Assembly: GCA_964528085.1 (NCBI GenBank)
Contig: CAZGRE010000003.1
Location: forward strand, 1 to 57,733
Length of the DNA: 57,733 bases
Source: an uncultured Thermotogae bacterium
GTDB taxonomy: Bacteria; Bipolaricaulota; Bipolaricaulia; UBA7950; UBA9294
Reading direction: 5' to 3'
Part shown: positions 19,836-29,420 of the stretch, piece by piece
Position numbering within the stretch: the first letter of the stretch is position 1
Layout: each line of letters opens with the position of its first letter
The notes under the pieces: model-generated
What the model saw: only the letters and a program-made list of their open reading frames with translations
What the model was told of the DNA's origin: nothing
Database searches by the model: none
Position numbers and translations under genes: made by a program

Positions 19836-21379
19836 CCGAGCGGGGAGAGTATCTAGTCCTGACCGCTGCTCAGCAGCGGGAGATCGACGAGCGTTCAGGC
19901 GACGCCGGCGTCCCCCGTGATACCCTGATGGAGAGCGCCGGTTCTGGGGCCGCCGAGTGGATCCTCAGCCGGTTCGGTCCGAGGCGGACGGTCGTCCTCG
20001 TCGGCCCGGGGGGGAACGGTGGGGACGGGCTCGTCCTCACCCGCGTCCTTCATAACGCCGGTGCCGATGTCGAAGCGCTCATCGTCCCTCCGCTCGACCG
20101 CCTCTCCCCCCTGACGCGGAAGATGCACGAGCGGCTTGTCGAAAGCGGAGGGAGGGTAGGGCCGATCGAGGGTGAGCCGGAGTCCCTGGTGGGGAGGCTG
20201 AAGGAAGCTGACCAGATCGTCGATTCCCTGTTCGGAACCGGGATGAACCGCCCGCTCGACGAGCCCTACTCAAGGATCGTCGACGCGGTCAACTCCCTCG
20301 ATAAGCCAGTGATCAGCCTCGATCTACCGAGCGGCCTTTCCTCGGACACCGGACGGCCGATCGGGGAGGCAGTCCGCGCCGACATCACGTTGGCGATGGA
20401 GTTCTTAAAGCCGGCCCATCTCCTCTTCCCCGCCTCCTCCTACTGCGGCGACGTAGCGGTCATCCCGATCCATTACCCACCGACCTTGATCAACGGGCTC
20501 CGACCGTTCGGCCGGGTCCTCACCGGCCGCGGTGCCCGTCGCCTCCTCCCCGAGCGCCGCCCGGACGGGCACAAGGGGACGTTCGGCCGGCTCCTCGTGA
20601 TCGCCGGGTCGGTCGGGATGAGCGGTGCTGCGATCCTCTGCTGCCGCGGCGCCCTCCGCTCCGGTGTAGGCCTGGTCAGCACCGGTCTCCCTGAATCGCT
20701 CCTTCCGATTCTGGAGACGGCCCTCCCCGAGGCGATAACGATCCCCATCCCCGAGCGGGATGGGCGCCTCTCGGGGGATGTGAGCGAGCGGTTCTCAGAG
20801 GCCCTCGCCCGCGCCGATGCGCTCGCCGTCGGCCCCGGTCTGTCACGGGCGGACGGGGTGAGGAGGGTCGTATCCTCTGTCCTCACATCCTATCCCGGGC
20901 CATGCGTCATCGACGCCGACGCGATCCCATACCTCTCTTCCGATATTTTTCAACGCATCGCAGGGCGCGCCGTCCTCACCCCCCACCCAGGGGAGCTCTC
21001 CCCCCTCGTCGGCCTCACTCCGGGTGAGATCGACCGGGATCGGGTCGATGTTGCGCGCCGGTTCGCTGAGGAGAACGGGGTCGTTCTCGCCTTGAAGGGG
21101 CGTCCGACGGTGGTGGCGGACCCGGATGGAGGCCTATACCTCAACCCGACCGGGAATACCGGTCTTGCCACCGGGGGTAGCGGCGACGTGTTGACCGGCC
21201 TCATCGGGGGGCTCCTCGCCACGGGTGCGAAGCCCAAGGATGCCGCCGTTCTCGGGGTCTATCTCCACGGCCTTGCGGCCGACATCTACGCCCGCGATCG
21301 CTCCGAGCGATCGTTCCTCCCGAGCGATCTGATCGAGACCCTCCCCCATGCGCTAAGGGAGGTCGAAGAGTGGAGCTGA
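19832..21379 (+). CDS. nnr: Bifunctional NAD(P)HX epimerase/dehydratase (YjeF_N plus carbohydrate kinase domain)
   Basis: LMESAG, GPGGNGGDG, DLPSG, HKGTFG, LTPHPGEL, LATGGSGDVLTG. GTG 19832 overlaps the miaA stop. Confidence 0.93.
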   Translation: MTERGEYLVLTAAQQREIDERSGDAGVPRDTLMESAGSGAAEWILSRFGPRRTVVLVGPGGNGGDGLVLTRVLHNAGADVEALIVPPLDRLSPLTRKMHERLVESGGRVGPIEGEPESLVGRLKEADQIVDSLFGTGMNRPLDEPYSRIVDAVNSLDKPVISLDLPSGLSSDTGRPIGEAVRADITLAMEFLKPAHLLFPASSYCGDVAVIPIHYPPTLINGLRPFGRVLTGRGARRLLPERRPDGHKGTFGRLLVIAGSVGMSGAAILCCRGALRSGVGLVSTGLPESLLPILETALPEAITIPIPERDGRLSGDVSERFSEALARADALAVGPGLSRADGVRRVVSSVLTSYPGPCVIDADAIPYLSSDIFQRIAGRAVLTPHPGELSPLVGLTPGEIDRDRVDVARRFAEENGVVLALKGRPTVVADPDGGLYLNPTGNTGLATGGSGDVLTGLIGGLLATGAKPKDAAVLGVYLHGLAADIYARDRSERSFLPSDLIETLPHALREVEEWS

Positions 21380-22164
21380 TCGACACCCACGCCCATCTCG
21401 ACGATCGCGCCTACGCCGAGGATCGAGCGGCCGTCATCGCGCGTGCGCATTCCGAGCGGATCGGGGTGATCACCGTCGGGGTCGACCTTCGTTCGAGTGA
21501 GGAAGCGGTCAGGCTCGCCGGACGGCATAGGATGATCTGGGCCGCGGTCGGGGTCCATCCGCACGGGGCGAAGACCTACGATCAGGACGTGGAAGCGGCC
21601 CTCACGCGGCTGGCTGGGGAGGAGAAGAAGGTCGTCGCGATCGGGGAGATCGGGCTCGACTACTACCGCGACCTCTCCCCGCGTGCGGTGCAGCGTGAGG
21701 CGTTCGCAGCACAGATCGAGCTCGCGAACCGGCTCGGCCTTCCGGTGATCGTCCACAACAGGGAGTCGACGAAGGACCTCCTCGCCATCCTCCGTGCCCA
21801 CCGGCCGGAGGGCGGCGGCGTCATCCACTCCTTCCTCGGCGACTACGATCTGGCGGAGGAGTTCATCGATCTCGGCCTTTACCTCGGGATTGGGGGGCCG
21901 CTCACCTTCGAGAAGAACGAGGTCCTCCGCCGCGCTGTGGCCGAGGTCCCCCTCGATCGGATTATCGTCGAGACCGACTCCCCGTATCTCACCCCGGTTC
22001 CGCATCGGGGGAAGAGGAACGAGCCCGCCTACGTCCGCTACGTCGCCTTGGAGATCGCCCGGATTAAGAGGATTGGTTACGAGAGGGTGGCCTCTGCCAC
22101 GACCCACAATGCCCGGAGCCTCTTCTCAATTGAAGGTTTGATCTCATCTGCAGGTGTGCTATGA
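21370..22164 (+). CDS. tatD: TatD family DNase/hydrolase
   Basis: IDTHAHL, GVHP, IGEIGLDYY, VHNRE, ETDSPYL. Confidence 0.93.
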   Translation: MELIDTHAHLDDRAYAEDRAAVIARAHSERIGVITVGVDLRSSEEAVRLAGRHRMIWAAVGVHPHGAKTYDQDVEAALTRLAGEEKKVVAIGEIGLDYYRDLSPRAVQREAFAAQIELANRLGLPVIVHNRESTKDLLAILRAHRPEGGGVIHSFLGDYDLAEEFIDLGLYLGIGGPLTFEKNEVLRRAVAEVPLDRIIVETDSPYLTPVPHRGKRNEPAYVRYVALEIARIKRIGYERVASATTHNARSLFSIEGLISSAGVL

Positions 22165-22207
22165 TTCCTCACCCGCGCAAGCGGGGAAGAGAGGGGATGA
22201 GGAAAGG

Positions 22208-23851
22208 ATGGAGTTTCACAACCGCATTGAATCGCTTCTGAAGACCCGCACCGCCTTCGTCAACCCGACCCGCGAATTCATGATTGCCGAGGCCGTCGCC
22301 CGCCGCGAGGCGATCGTCCTTGCTACCGGGGCACTCGCCACCTGGACGAGGCCGGAGTCGACAGGGCGGAGCCCGCTCGACACCCTCACCGTAAAGAGGC
22401 AGGGGAGCGAGGAGAATATCGATTGGGACTCCCCGAACAACATCCCGTTCGACGAGGAGACGTTCGACATGGTCCTCGCTGACGCGCTCGCTGCCCTCGC
22501 CGGGAAGGAGAGGCTCTACGTGACCGATCGCGTCCTCGGTGCCGATCCGGCCTACGCCCTCCCGGTGTGGACGATCGCCTCAAGCCCGCTCACCGCCCTG
22601 TTCACCGACAACATGTTCCGCCCGATCCCGGAGGGGATCGAGGAGAGCGTATTCGCCGACCGCCCGTTTACGATCATCGTCCTTCCCTACGACAAGCTCG
22701 ATCCGGGCCGGTACGAGGGGAGGCTGAGGGTCGATCCCAGGATCGGAGGGACCTCCACGATGGTGATCGGGATCGATTACGACCGCCGGATCGGGGTCGT
22801 CTACGGCTCGGCGTACGGAGGCTCGGTGAAGAAGCTGATGTTCACCGTGATGAACTACCTCCTTCCGGAAGAGGGGATCCTCCCGCTTCACTGCTCGGCG
22901 AACGAGGGGCCGGATGGCGACACCGCCCTCCTCCTCGGCCTCTCCGGGACGGGGAAGACGACCCTCTCGGCCGATCCGCGCCGCGCCCTCCTCGGAGACG
23001 ACGAGCACGGCTGGAGCGATAACGGGATCGCCAACTTCGAGAACGGCTGCTACGCCAAGCTGATCGACCTCGATCCGGACAAGGAGCCCGAGATCTACCG
23101 CGCCGTCTTCCATGCCGATCATTATCTTTCCCACGGGGCGGTCGTGGAGAACGCGATGGTCTACCCGGACGGGACGTTCGACCTCTCAGACGACCGGCTC
23201 ACCCCGAACTCCCGCGCCTCCTACCCGCTCAGGTATCTCACGAACGTCAAGGGATCCGCCCGCGGCGGGCATCCGAAGACGATCCTGTTCCTCACCGCCG
23301 ACGCCAACGGTGTCCTCCCCCCCATCTCCAAGCTGACCCGAAATCAGGCGATGCTCTGGTTCCTAATGGGCTACACGAGCAAGCTCGCCGGGACCGAGAC
23401 CGGGATCGTCGAGCCGAAGACGACCTTCTCCCGGTTCTTCGGCGAGCCGTTCATGCCGCGTAACCCCGACGTCTACGCCCGGATGCTCGGGGAGCGGATG
23501 GACCGGTATGGAACAGCGGTCTACCTCGTCAACACCGGCTGGTCGGGCGGACCGTACGGAATCGGAAAACGGATGGACATCAGCCTGACGCGGGGGATGG
23601 TCGACGCCGCCCTCACCGGGAAGCTCGCGGATGTCGAGTACGAAGAGGATCCGCGGTTTCACGTCCTCGTCCCGCGGTCCTGCCCCGGCGTTCCGACCGA
23701 GATCCTCGACCCGAAGAACACCTGGGAGGACAAGGACGCCTACGAGGCGCGGGCCGACAGGCTCGCCTCCGAGTTCGCTGCCCACTTCGAGCGGGCGTAC
23801 GGAGACAAGGGGATCGACCCCGCGGTCGCCTCCGAGTGCCCCGGCCGGTGA
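22208..23851 (+). CDS. pckA: Phosphoenolpyruvate carboxykinase (ATP)
   Basis: TGRSP, YGGSVKK, HCSAN, GLSGTGKTTLSADP, GDDEHGW, GCYAK, NSRASYP, LVNTGW. Confidence 0.96.
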   Translation: MEFHNRIESLLKTRTAFVNPTREFMIAEAVARREAIVLATGALATWTRPESTGRSPLDTLTVKRQGSEENIDWDSPNNIPFDEETFDMVLADALAALAGKERLYVTDRVLGADPAYALPVWTIASSPLTALFTDNMFRPIPEGIEESVFADRPFTIIVLPYDKLDPGRYEGRLRVDPRIGGTSTMVIGIDYDRRIGVVYGSAYGGSVKKLMFTVMNYLLPEEGILPLHCSANEGPDGDTALLLGLSGTGKTTLSADPRRALLGDDEHGWSDNGIANFENGCYAKLIDLDPDKEPEIYRAVFHADHYLSHGAVVENAMVYPDGTFDLSDDRLTPNSRASYPLRYLTNVKGSARGGHPKTILFLTADANGVLPPISKLTRNQAMLWFLMGYTSKLAGTETGIVEPKTTFSRFFGEPFMPRNPDVYARMLGERMDRYGTAVYLVNTGWSGGPYGIGKRMDISLTRGMVDAALTGKLADVEYEEDPRFHVLVPRSCPGVPTEILDPKNTWEDKDAYEARADRLASEFAAHFERAYGDKGIDPAVASECPGR

Positions 23852-23858
23852 GCGGCAA

Positions 23859-23873
23859 AACAGTGTGTTGTTA
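23859..23873 (+). promoter_or_regulatory. Upstream (auxiliary) copy of the putative operator
   Basis: AACAGTGTGTTGTTA is 14/15 identical to AACAGTGTGATGTTA at 23953-23967, 94 bp away. Confidence 0.55.
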
Positions 23874-23942
23874 ACCGCTATCTCCGTAGCTGTTTTTATC
23901 CTGTTGGCAGCTGGATAAGGAAGGGAAAAGTTTGTCGCCCCC

Positions 23943-23971
23943 TTGACAACGTAACAGTGTGATGTTACACT
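23943..23971 (+). promoter_or_regulatory. Sigma70 promoter with an overlapping palindromic operator GTAACA-N6-TGTTAC
   Basis: TTGACA (23943-48), 17 bp, TACACT (23966-71) with extended -10 TG. Palindrome at 23951-23968. Confidence 0.75.
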
Positions 23972-24000
23972 ACGCCCATCTTATCCATGAGGTGAGTGCG

Positions 24001-24168
24001 ATGAACATCACCAATCTGACCTACAGGTGGGATCGGATGACGGGAAACCGCGAAGGATGCGGTCATCACTCCACATGTTTCGCCAAGGTCGTCAGCCTCC
24101 GCAAGTTTCGCAGGCTTTCCGATCGGCCGTGGGCGAAGGTGAGAAGGAGCGACGATGTCGATCGATGA
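24001..24168 (+). CDS. Small basic ORF (55 aa), possible leader peptide or small protein
   Basis: SD GAGGTG before ATG 24001, immediately downstream of the promoter; overlaps the next start by 14 nt. No recognisable family. Confidence 0.35.
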   Translation: MNITNLTYRWDRMTGNREGCGHHSTCFAKVVSLRKFRRLSDRPWAKVRRSDDVDR

Positions 24169-24865
24169 GGAGAGGCTGATATCGAAGAAGGAGGTCCTGG
24201 AGAAGACCGGGATCTCCTACGGCCAGCTCTACCGCTGGAAGCGGAAGGGGCTGATCCCCGAGTCGTGGTTCTTCCGCCGCTCGACGTTCACCGGGCAGGA
24301 GACGTTCTTCCCCCGCGACAAGATCATCGAGCGGATCGAGCAGATCAAGAAGATGAAGGGGAGCCGCCCGCTCGACGACCTCGCCGAGGTGATCACCGAG
24401 AAGGTGAACGAGAAGCTGAGGATCGCGTTCGACCGATTGCGGCAGCTCGATTGGTTCGACGAGTCGATCCTGGAGGCGTTCGACATCGATAAGAAAGATG
24501 GTCGCCCGCTATCGATCAAGGAGGCGCTCTCCCTCGGTGCGCTCAGCCGCCTTAGGCGGACAGCGCGCGAGGAGGAGCGCGATCTTCTCAAGCGGACACT
24601 CGAGGTCGCCCTGCAGGAGAAGGACCTCCTCGATCGGATCCCGGAAGAGGCGCTCCGCCTGTATCTTCTCCGGAAGCGCCTCTCCGGGGGCGGGATATCG
24701 GCTGAGATCAGCCTGGCGGCGATCGCTGGTCCCGGTGCGATCTTCGATCCGGACACCGAGGCCGTCGATGCGATCGACCTGGGGGATATCCTCGAGCGGA
24801 TAAAGCTCGAGGTTGGGAGGGAGCCGGAGGCACAATCCGACACGGAGGATGAAGATGAACGATAA
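24155..24865 (+). CDS. YhbD-family (DUF4004) protein with an N-terminal MerR-like HTH
   Basis: LISKKEVLEKTGISYGQLYRWKRKGLIPESWFFRRSTFTGQETFFPRDKIIERI matches my recollection of the Bacillus YhbD N-terminus. Confidence 0.8.
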   Translation: MSIDEERLISKKEVLEKTGISYGQLYRWKRKGLIPESWFFRRSTFTGQETFFPRDKIIERIEQIKKMKGSRPLDDLAEVITEKVNEKLRIAFDRLRQLDWFDESILEAFDIDKKDGRPLSIKEALSLGALSRLRRTAREEERDLLKRTLEVALQEKDLLDRIPEEALRLYLLRKRLSGGGISAEISLAAIAGPGAIFDPDTEAVDAIDLGDILERIKLEVGREPEAQSDTEDEDER

Positions 24866-25595
24866 AAGGAATTCTGCAAGTATCTCAGGGGCGGGGACGA
24901 TCAGCGCCGGGACCTACACCCGGGTTTCGATCTCCGGTGCGGGGAAGGTGACAGGAGACATCGTCGCCGAGGAGCTGAAGATCTCGGGTGCGGGGAAGGT
25001 CGCCGGCCGGGCCGAGGTGAGGGAGATCGTCACCTCGGGGAGCGCCGCGTTCGCCAGCGACGTGATCGCCGATGAGATGCGGGTGAGCGGTAGCGCCCGC
25101 ATCGACGGTCAGGCAAGGGTGAAGGAGCTGAAGTGCTCGGGGACGTTCAAGGTCGAGAAGGGGATCACGGCCGAGTACGTCAAGGTGAGCGGGAGCCTCC
25201 GTGTCGGCGGTGATGCGGAATCGGAGATATTCAAGGCGAGCGGTGGGTTCAAGATCGAGGGGCTCCTCTCTGCCGATCGGATAGAGATCCGCGTCGGCGG
25301 TCATTGCTATGCACGGGAGATCGGGGGGGAGAGGATCGAGGTCCGCCGCGGCGGTTGGCGGGAGAAGGGGATCCTCCTCGACGGGCTCGTTAAGCTGTTC
25401 ACCGGCGGGGGGACGGCGGCGCTGGAGACGAAACAGGTCGAGGGGGATGAGATCGAGCTCGAGGACACGCAGGCCGAGGTCGTTCGCGGGAAGAAGGTGG
25501 TGATCGGCCCCGGGTGTCGGATCGGGAGGGTCGAGTATTCGGAGTCCCTGAAGGTGGCCCCCGATGCGGTCGTGAAGGAACGGGTGAAGGTCTGA
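24855..25595 (+). CDS. Bactofilin-like polymer-forming cytoskeletal protein (YhbE/YhbF type)
   Basis: About 17-aa beta-helix repeats (ISGAG, ISGAGKV, TSGSA, VSGSA, CSGTF, VSGSL, ASGGF), EIGGERI, EGDEIELEDT..VVRG..VVIGPGCRIGRVEY; synteny with yhbD. Confidence 0.82.
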   Translation: MNDKRNSASISGAGTISAGTYTRVSISGAGKVTGDIVAEELKISGAGKVAGRAEVREIVTSGSAAFASDVIADEMRVSGSARIDGQARVKELKCSGTFKVEKGITAEYVKVSGSLRVGGDAESEIFKASGGFKIEGLLSADRIEIRVGGHCYAREIGGERIEVRRGGWREKGILLDGLVKLFTGGGTAALETKQVEGDEIELEDTQAEVVRGKKVVIGPGCRIGRVEYSESLKVAPDAVVKERVKV

Positions 25596-25795
25596 TGATC
25601 GGGGCGTTAGTCGGGCTGATCGTCGCCGGGGTTGTTCTGATCGCCCTCCTCGTTGGGGTGATCGGTGGGTTGATCGCGATACCGATCCTTTTGATCTCGA
25701 TCATCGGTGCGATCCTCTTCTCCCCTGTCTTCATATGGCTCGCGCTCGGGATCTGCATATTCTGTGGGGTGAGGATCCTCCGGCGGGTGCGGTGA
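25595..25795 (+). CDS. Small hydrophobic membrane protein (66 aa)
   Basis: ATG overlaps the upstream TGA (TGATG). Almost entirely hydrophobic with a basic tail (RILRRVR); host-like codon usage. Confidence 0.65.
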   Translation: MIGALVGLIVAGVVLIALLVGVIGGLIAIPILLISIIGAILFSPVFIWLALGICIFCGVRILRRVR

Positions 25796-25801
25796 GATAG
25801 G

Positions 25802-27064
25802 ATGGCCCGGGTCAGGGAGGATTGGAAGGGTCCGTTCTTCACGATCTGGACCCTCCAGCAGCTCTCGCTCGTCGGAAGCCAGCTCGTCCAGTTCGCCCTC
25901 GTCTGGTGGCTGACGAAGACGACGGGATCGGCGACCGTCCTTGCCACAGCGACGATGGTGGCGATCCTCCCCCAGGTTTTGATCGGTCCGTTCTCCGGGG
26001 CTCTCATCGATCGGTTCAGCCGGAGGATGGTGATGATCATCGCCGATGGATCGATCGCCCTCGCATCGGCATGGCTCGCGTATATGTACTTTACCGGAGC
26101 GGTCCAGGTCTGGCACATCTACGTGATCATGGCGGCGCGGGCGATCGGCGGCGGGTTCCACTGGCCGGCGATGTCCGCGTCGACCGCGATGATGGTCCCG
26201 GAGAAGCACCTCACCCGTGTCGCCGGATTGAACCAGACGATGCAAGGGGTGGTGAACATCGTCTCCCCGCCGCTCGGTGCGATACTCCTTGCGGTCCTCC
26301 CGATGTACGGGATCCTCGGGATCGACGTGGTCAGCGCCGCGATCGCCATCGCTCCCCTCCTGTTCATCCCGATCCCCCAGCCCGAGCGGACCGGTGGGGA
26401 GGCGAAGCCGTCCTACTTCGCCGAGGTTCGCGCCGGGTTCCGTTACGTCTGGCGCTGGAAGGGGCTCCTCTGGCTGATCGGAATCGCGATGCTGATCAAC
26501 TTCGCCGTCAACCCGGCCTTCTCCCTCCTCCCCCTCCTCGTCAGGAAGCACTTCAGCGGAGGGGCACTCCAGCTGAGCTGGCTCGAATCCGCGTTCGGGA
26601 TCGGGGTCATCCTCGGCGGGGTTGCCTTGAGCATCTGGGGCGGGTTCAAGCGGCGGATATTCACCACCCTCTCCGGGGTCATCGGGATGGGAGCCGGGAT
26701 ATTCCTCATCGGCCTCCTCCCGGGGAGTGGGCTCTGGTACGCGATCGGTAGTCTCTTCCTGATCGGGCTGATGCAGGCGTTCGCCAACGGGCCGCTGACC
26801 GCGCTTCTGCAATCGACCGTCGATCCAGGGATGCAGGGGCGCGTCCTCGCTCTCCTCGGGAGCCTCGTCACCGCGATGTCCCCGCTCAGCCTCGCCCTGG
26901 CCGGGCCGATCGCCGATATGATCGGGATCCAGTTCTGGTACGTCCTCGGCGGTGCGACGATGATCCTGACCGGGGGCGGTGGGTTCTTCATCCGCGCGCT
27001 CGCCAGGATCGAGGAGGAAGGGGGCAAACAGGCACTCGCCGCCGAGGAGGGGCTCAGCGGTTGA
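25802..27064 (+). CDS. MFS transporter, DHA3/MefA-like family
   Basis: QQLSLVGSQLVQFALVWWLT, GALIDRFSRRMVMIIAD, FHWPAMSAS, MQGRVL; about 12 TM segments. Confidence 0.9.
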   Translation: MARVREDWKGPFFTIWTLQQLSLVGSQLVQFALVWWLTKTTGSATVLATATMVAILPQVLIGPFSGALIDRFSRRMVMIIADGSIALASAWLAYMYFTGAVQVWHIYVIMAARAIGGGFHWPAMSASTAMMVPEKHLTRVAGLNQTMQGVVNIVSPPLGAILLAVLPMYGILGIDVVSAAIAIAPLLFIPIPQPERTGGEAKPSYFAEVRAGFRYVWRWKGLLWLIGIAMLINFAVNPAFSLLPLLVRKHFSGGALQLSWLESAFGIGVILGGVALSIWGGFKRRIFTTLSGVIGMGAGIFLIGLLPGSGLWYAIGSLFLIGLMQAFANGPLTALLQSTVDPGMQGRVLALLGSLVTAMSPLSLALAGPIADMIGIQFWYVLGGATMILTGGGGFFIRALARIEEEGGKQALAAEEGLSG

Positions 27065-28436
27065 TCGTGTGGATCGCCCGCCCGAGGGCGTTCTCCGCCG
27101 CCTCCTTCAGCCCCTCGGGGAGGGTCGGATGCGGGTGGATCGAATCGGCGATCGCCTCGAGGGTCAGCCCCTGCTGCACAGCGAGCGCTGCCTCGGAGAT
27201 CAGGTCGGACGCCTCGGCTCCGACGATCTGAACGCCGAGGATCCGCTTCGTCTTCGCGTCGGCGACGAGTTGGAAGAACCCTTCCGGCTCGTTCATCCCG
27301 AGGGCCTTCCCGAGCGCGGCGTACGGGAACCGGCCGACGAGGATGTCGTACCCCTCCTCGGCCGCCCGCTTTTCGGATAGGCCGACCGCCGCGACCTCGG
27401 GCGAGGTGAATATCGCCTGCGGGATCGAATCGTAGTCGATCGAGATCCTCCCCCCGGCGAACGAGTCGGCGAGTCCGACCCCTTCCGCGGATGCCTTGTG
27501 GGCGAGCATCGGGCCGGCTATGAGGTCGCCGATTGCGAAGATCCCGCGTGCCTCGGTCTCAAACCGCTGATCGACCCGGATCAATCCGCGCTTCTCCGGG
27601 GTTATCCCCACGGCCTCCAACCCGATCCCGCTCGAGTTCGGCCTCCTCCCGACCGCAACCAAGACGCGATCCGCCTCGATCGCCGTTCCAGAGGAGGTAT
27701 GGATCATGATCCCTCCGCCGATCTCCTCGAACCCCGTAGCAGCGGTACCGGTGAGGAGGCCTATTTTCTCCTTGTTGAACGATCGTTTGATCAGGGAGAT
27801 CGCCCGCCGGTCGAGATCGACGGTGGAGAGGATCTCGGGGAGGAGCTCGATGACGGTCACCTCGCTCCCGAGCCGGCGGTAGATCGTCGCAAGCTCGAGG
27901 CCGATCACCCCCCCTCCGATGACGGCGAGGCGCTCGGGGATCTCGGAGACGGTGAGGGCGTCGTCGGACGACCAGACGTACGGGGAGCTGAACGGAAACG
28001 ACGGGATCTCGACGGGGGACGAGCCGGTGGCAAGGACGATCCGCTCGGCAGCGATCCTCTCCTTCCCCTCTAACTCGACCTCCTCCTTCCCGACGAGGCG
28101 TCCGCGCCCCTCGGTCACGGTCACCCCGTTTTTCTCGAGGAGGGTTGAGATCCCATCCCGGAGGGTCGAGACGATCCCCTCCTTCCATCCGGCTAGCCTT
28201 TCAAGATCGAGCGACGGCGGGGGAAAATCGAGCCCCATCCCCCCTCCCGCCTTCGCCTTCTGGATCAGGGAGGAGGCGGAATAGAGGGCCTTGGTCGGGA
28301 CGCATCCCCGGTTCAGGCAGACCCCTCCGATCTCCCTCTCCTCGACGAGCGCCGTCTTGATCCCGAGCTGCCCGCAGCGGATGGCACACGTATACCCGCC
28401 GGGCCCGCCCCCGATGATGATCGCGTCGTATTTCAT
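27054..28436 (-). CDS. lpdA: Dihydrolipoamide dehydrogenase
   Basis: GGGPGGY, GGVCLNRGCVPTK, GGGVIGLE, MLAHKA, HPHPTLPE. Start at ATG 28436. Confidence 0.96.
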   Translation of the reverse strand: MKYDAIIIGGGPGGYTCAIRCGQLGIKTALVEEREIGGVCLNRGCVPTKALYSASSLIQKAKAGGGMGLDFPPPSLDLERLAGWKEGIVSTLRDGISTLLEKNGVTVTEGRGRLVGKEEVELEGKERIAAERIVLATGSSPVEIPSFPFSSPYVWSSDDALTVSEIPERLAVIGGGVIGLELATIYRRLGSEVTVIELLPEILSTVDLDRRAISLIKRSFNKEKIGLLTGTAATGFEEIGGGIMIHTSSGTAIEADRVLVAVGRRPNSSGIGLEAVGITPEKRGLIRVDQRFETEARGIFAIGDLIAGPMLAHKASAEGVGLADSFAGGRISIDYDSIPQAIFTSPEVAAVGLSEKRAAEEGYDILVGRFPYAALGKALGMNEPEGFFQLVADAKTKRILGVQIVGAEASDLISEAALAVQQGLTLEAIADSIHPHPTLPEGLKEAAENALGRAIHTINR

Positions 28437-28526
28437 CCCTCTCCCTCCCCGGATAAGGTAGCGGCTTGGGCGGGATTCCTCAAACGGGCGATTGGAAAAG
28501 GAAGTCCCGGGTAGGATAATCGGCGC

Positions 28527-29420
28527 ATGGCTGCAAGAGAACGACCGGATCTCCTCCTCGGGTGTCATCTCTCAATCGCCAAGGGGTTCGCCGCTTCGAT
28601 CGATGCGGCGGAGGGACTCGGGAACACCGCCCTTCAGATCTTCTCCCACAACGCATCGGCGTGGCGGATGAAGCCGATCGAAGCCGATTCAGCGGCCTCG
28701 TTCCGCGAGCGGCTCTCCCGCTCCTCCGTCGAGTACGTCGTCATCCATACGATGTACCTTCTGAACCTGGCGAGCCCGGACGATTCCCTGTTCGAGCGCT
28801 CGGTATCCGCCCTGATCGAGGAGATCGCCCGCGCTGCCGCCCTCGGGATCGATCGGGTCGTCACCCACCTCGGAGCGCACGTCGGGAGCGGGATCGAGGC
28901 AGGGATCGGGCGGGTGATCGAGGGGCTCGATCGCGTCGTCTCCTCGCCGCCGTTTCGATCATCTCCCGGGCTCCGCCTCCTCCTTGAGAACACGGCCGGG
29001 AGCGGGACGACGGTCGGTACGACGTTCGAGGAGCTAGGGGCGATAATCTCTGGGCTTTCCGATCCGAGCCGGATAGGGGTATGCCTCGATACGTGCCATG
29101 CGTTCGCCGCTGGATACGATCTTCGCACCCCTGCGGGGCTGGAGGAGACACTCGCTTCGTTCGATTCCGCGATCGGCCTCGATAGGCTCGATCTTATCCA
29201 TCTGAACGATTCCGTCTTTCCGCTCGGCTCCCACCGGGATCGGCACGCCCACATCGGGCGGGGGGAGATAGGGATGGAGGGAATGAGGGGGATCGTCAAC
29301 CATTCGGCGCTCAGGTCGCACCCGTTCATCCTCGAGACGCCGAAGTCGATCGATGGTCTATCCGACGCCGACCCGATAAACTTGGCGATTGTACGTGGAC
29401 TGGTAGGGAAGGGGGGATGA
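28527..29420 (+). CDS. nfo: Endonuclease IV
   Basis: [50 protein letters not shown]. Confidence 0.95.
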   Translation: MAARERPDLLLGCHLSIAKGFAASIDAAEGLGNTALQIFSHNASAWRMKPIEADSAASFRERLSRSSVEYVVIHTMYLLNLASPDDSLFERSVSALIEEIARAAALGIDRVVTHLGAHVGSGIEAGIGRVIEGLDRVVSSPPFRSSPGLRLLLENTAGSGTTVGTTFEELGAIISGLSDPSRIGVCLDTCHAFAAGYDLRTPAGLEETLASFDSAIGLDRLDLIHLNDSVFPLGSHRDRHAHIGRGEIGMEGMRGIVNHSALRSHPFILETPKSIDGLSDADPINLAIVRGLVGKGG

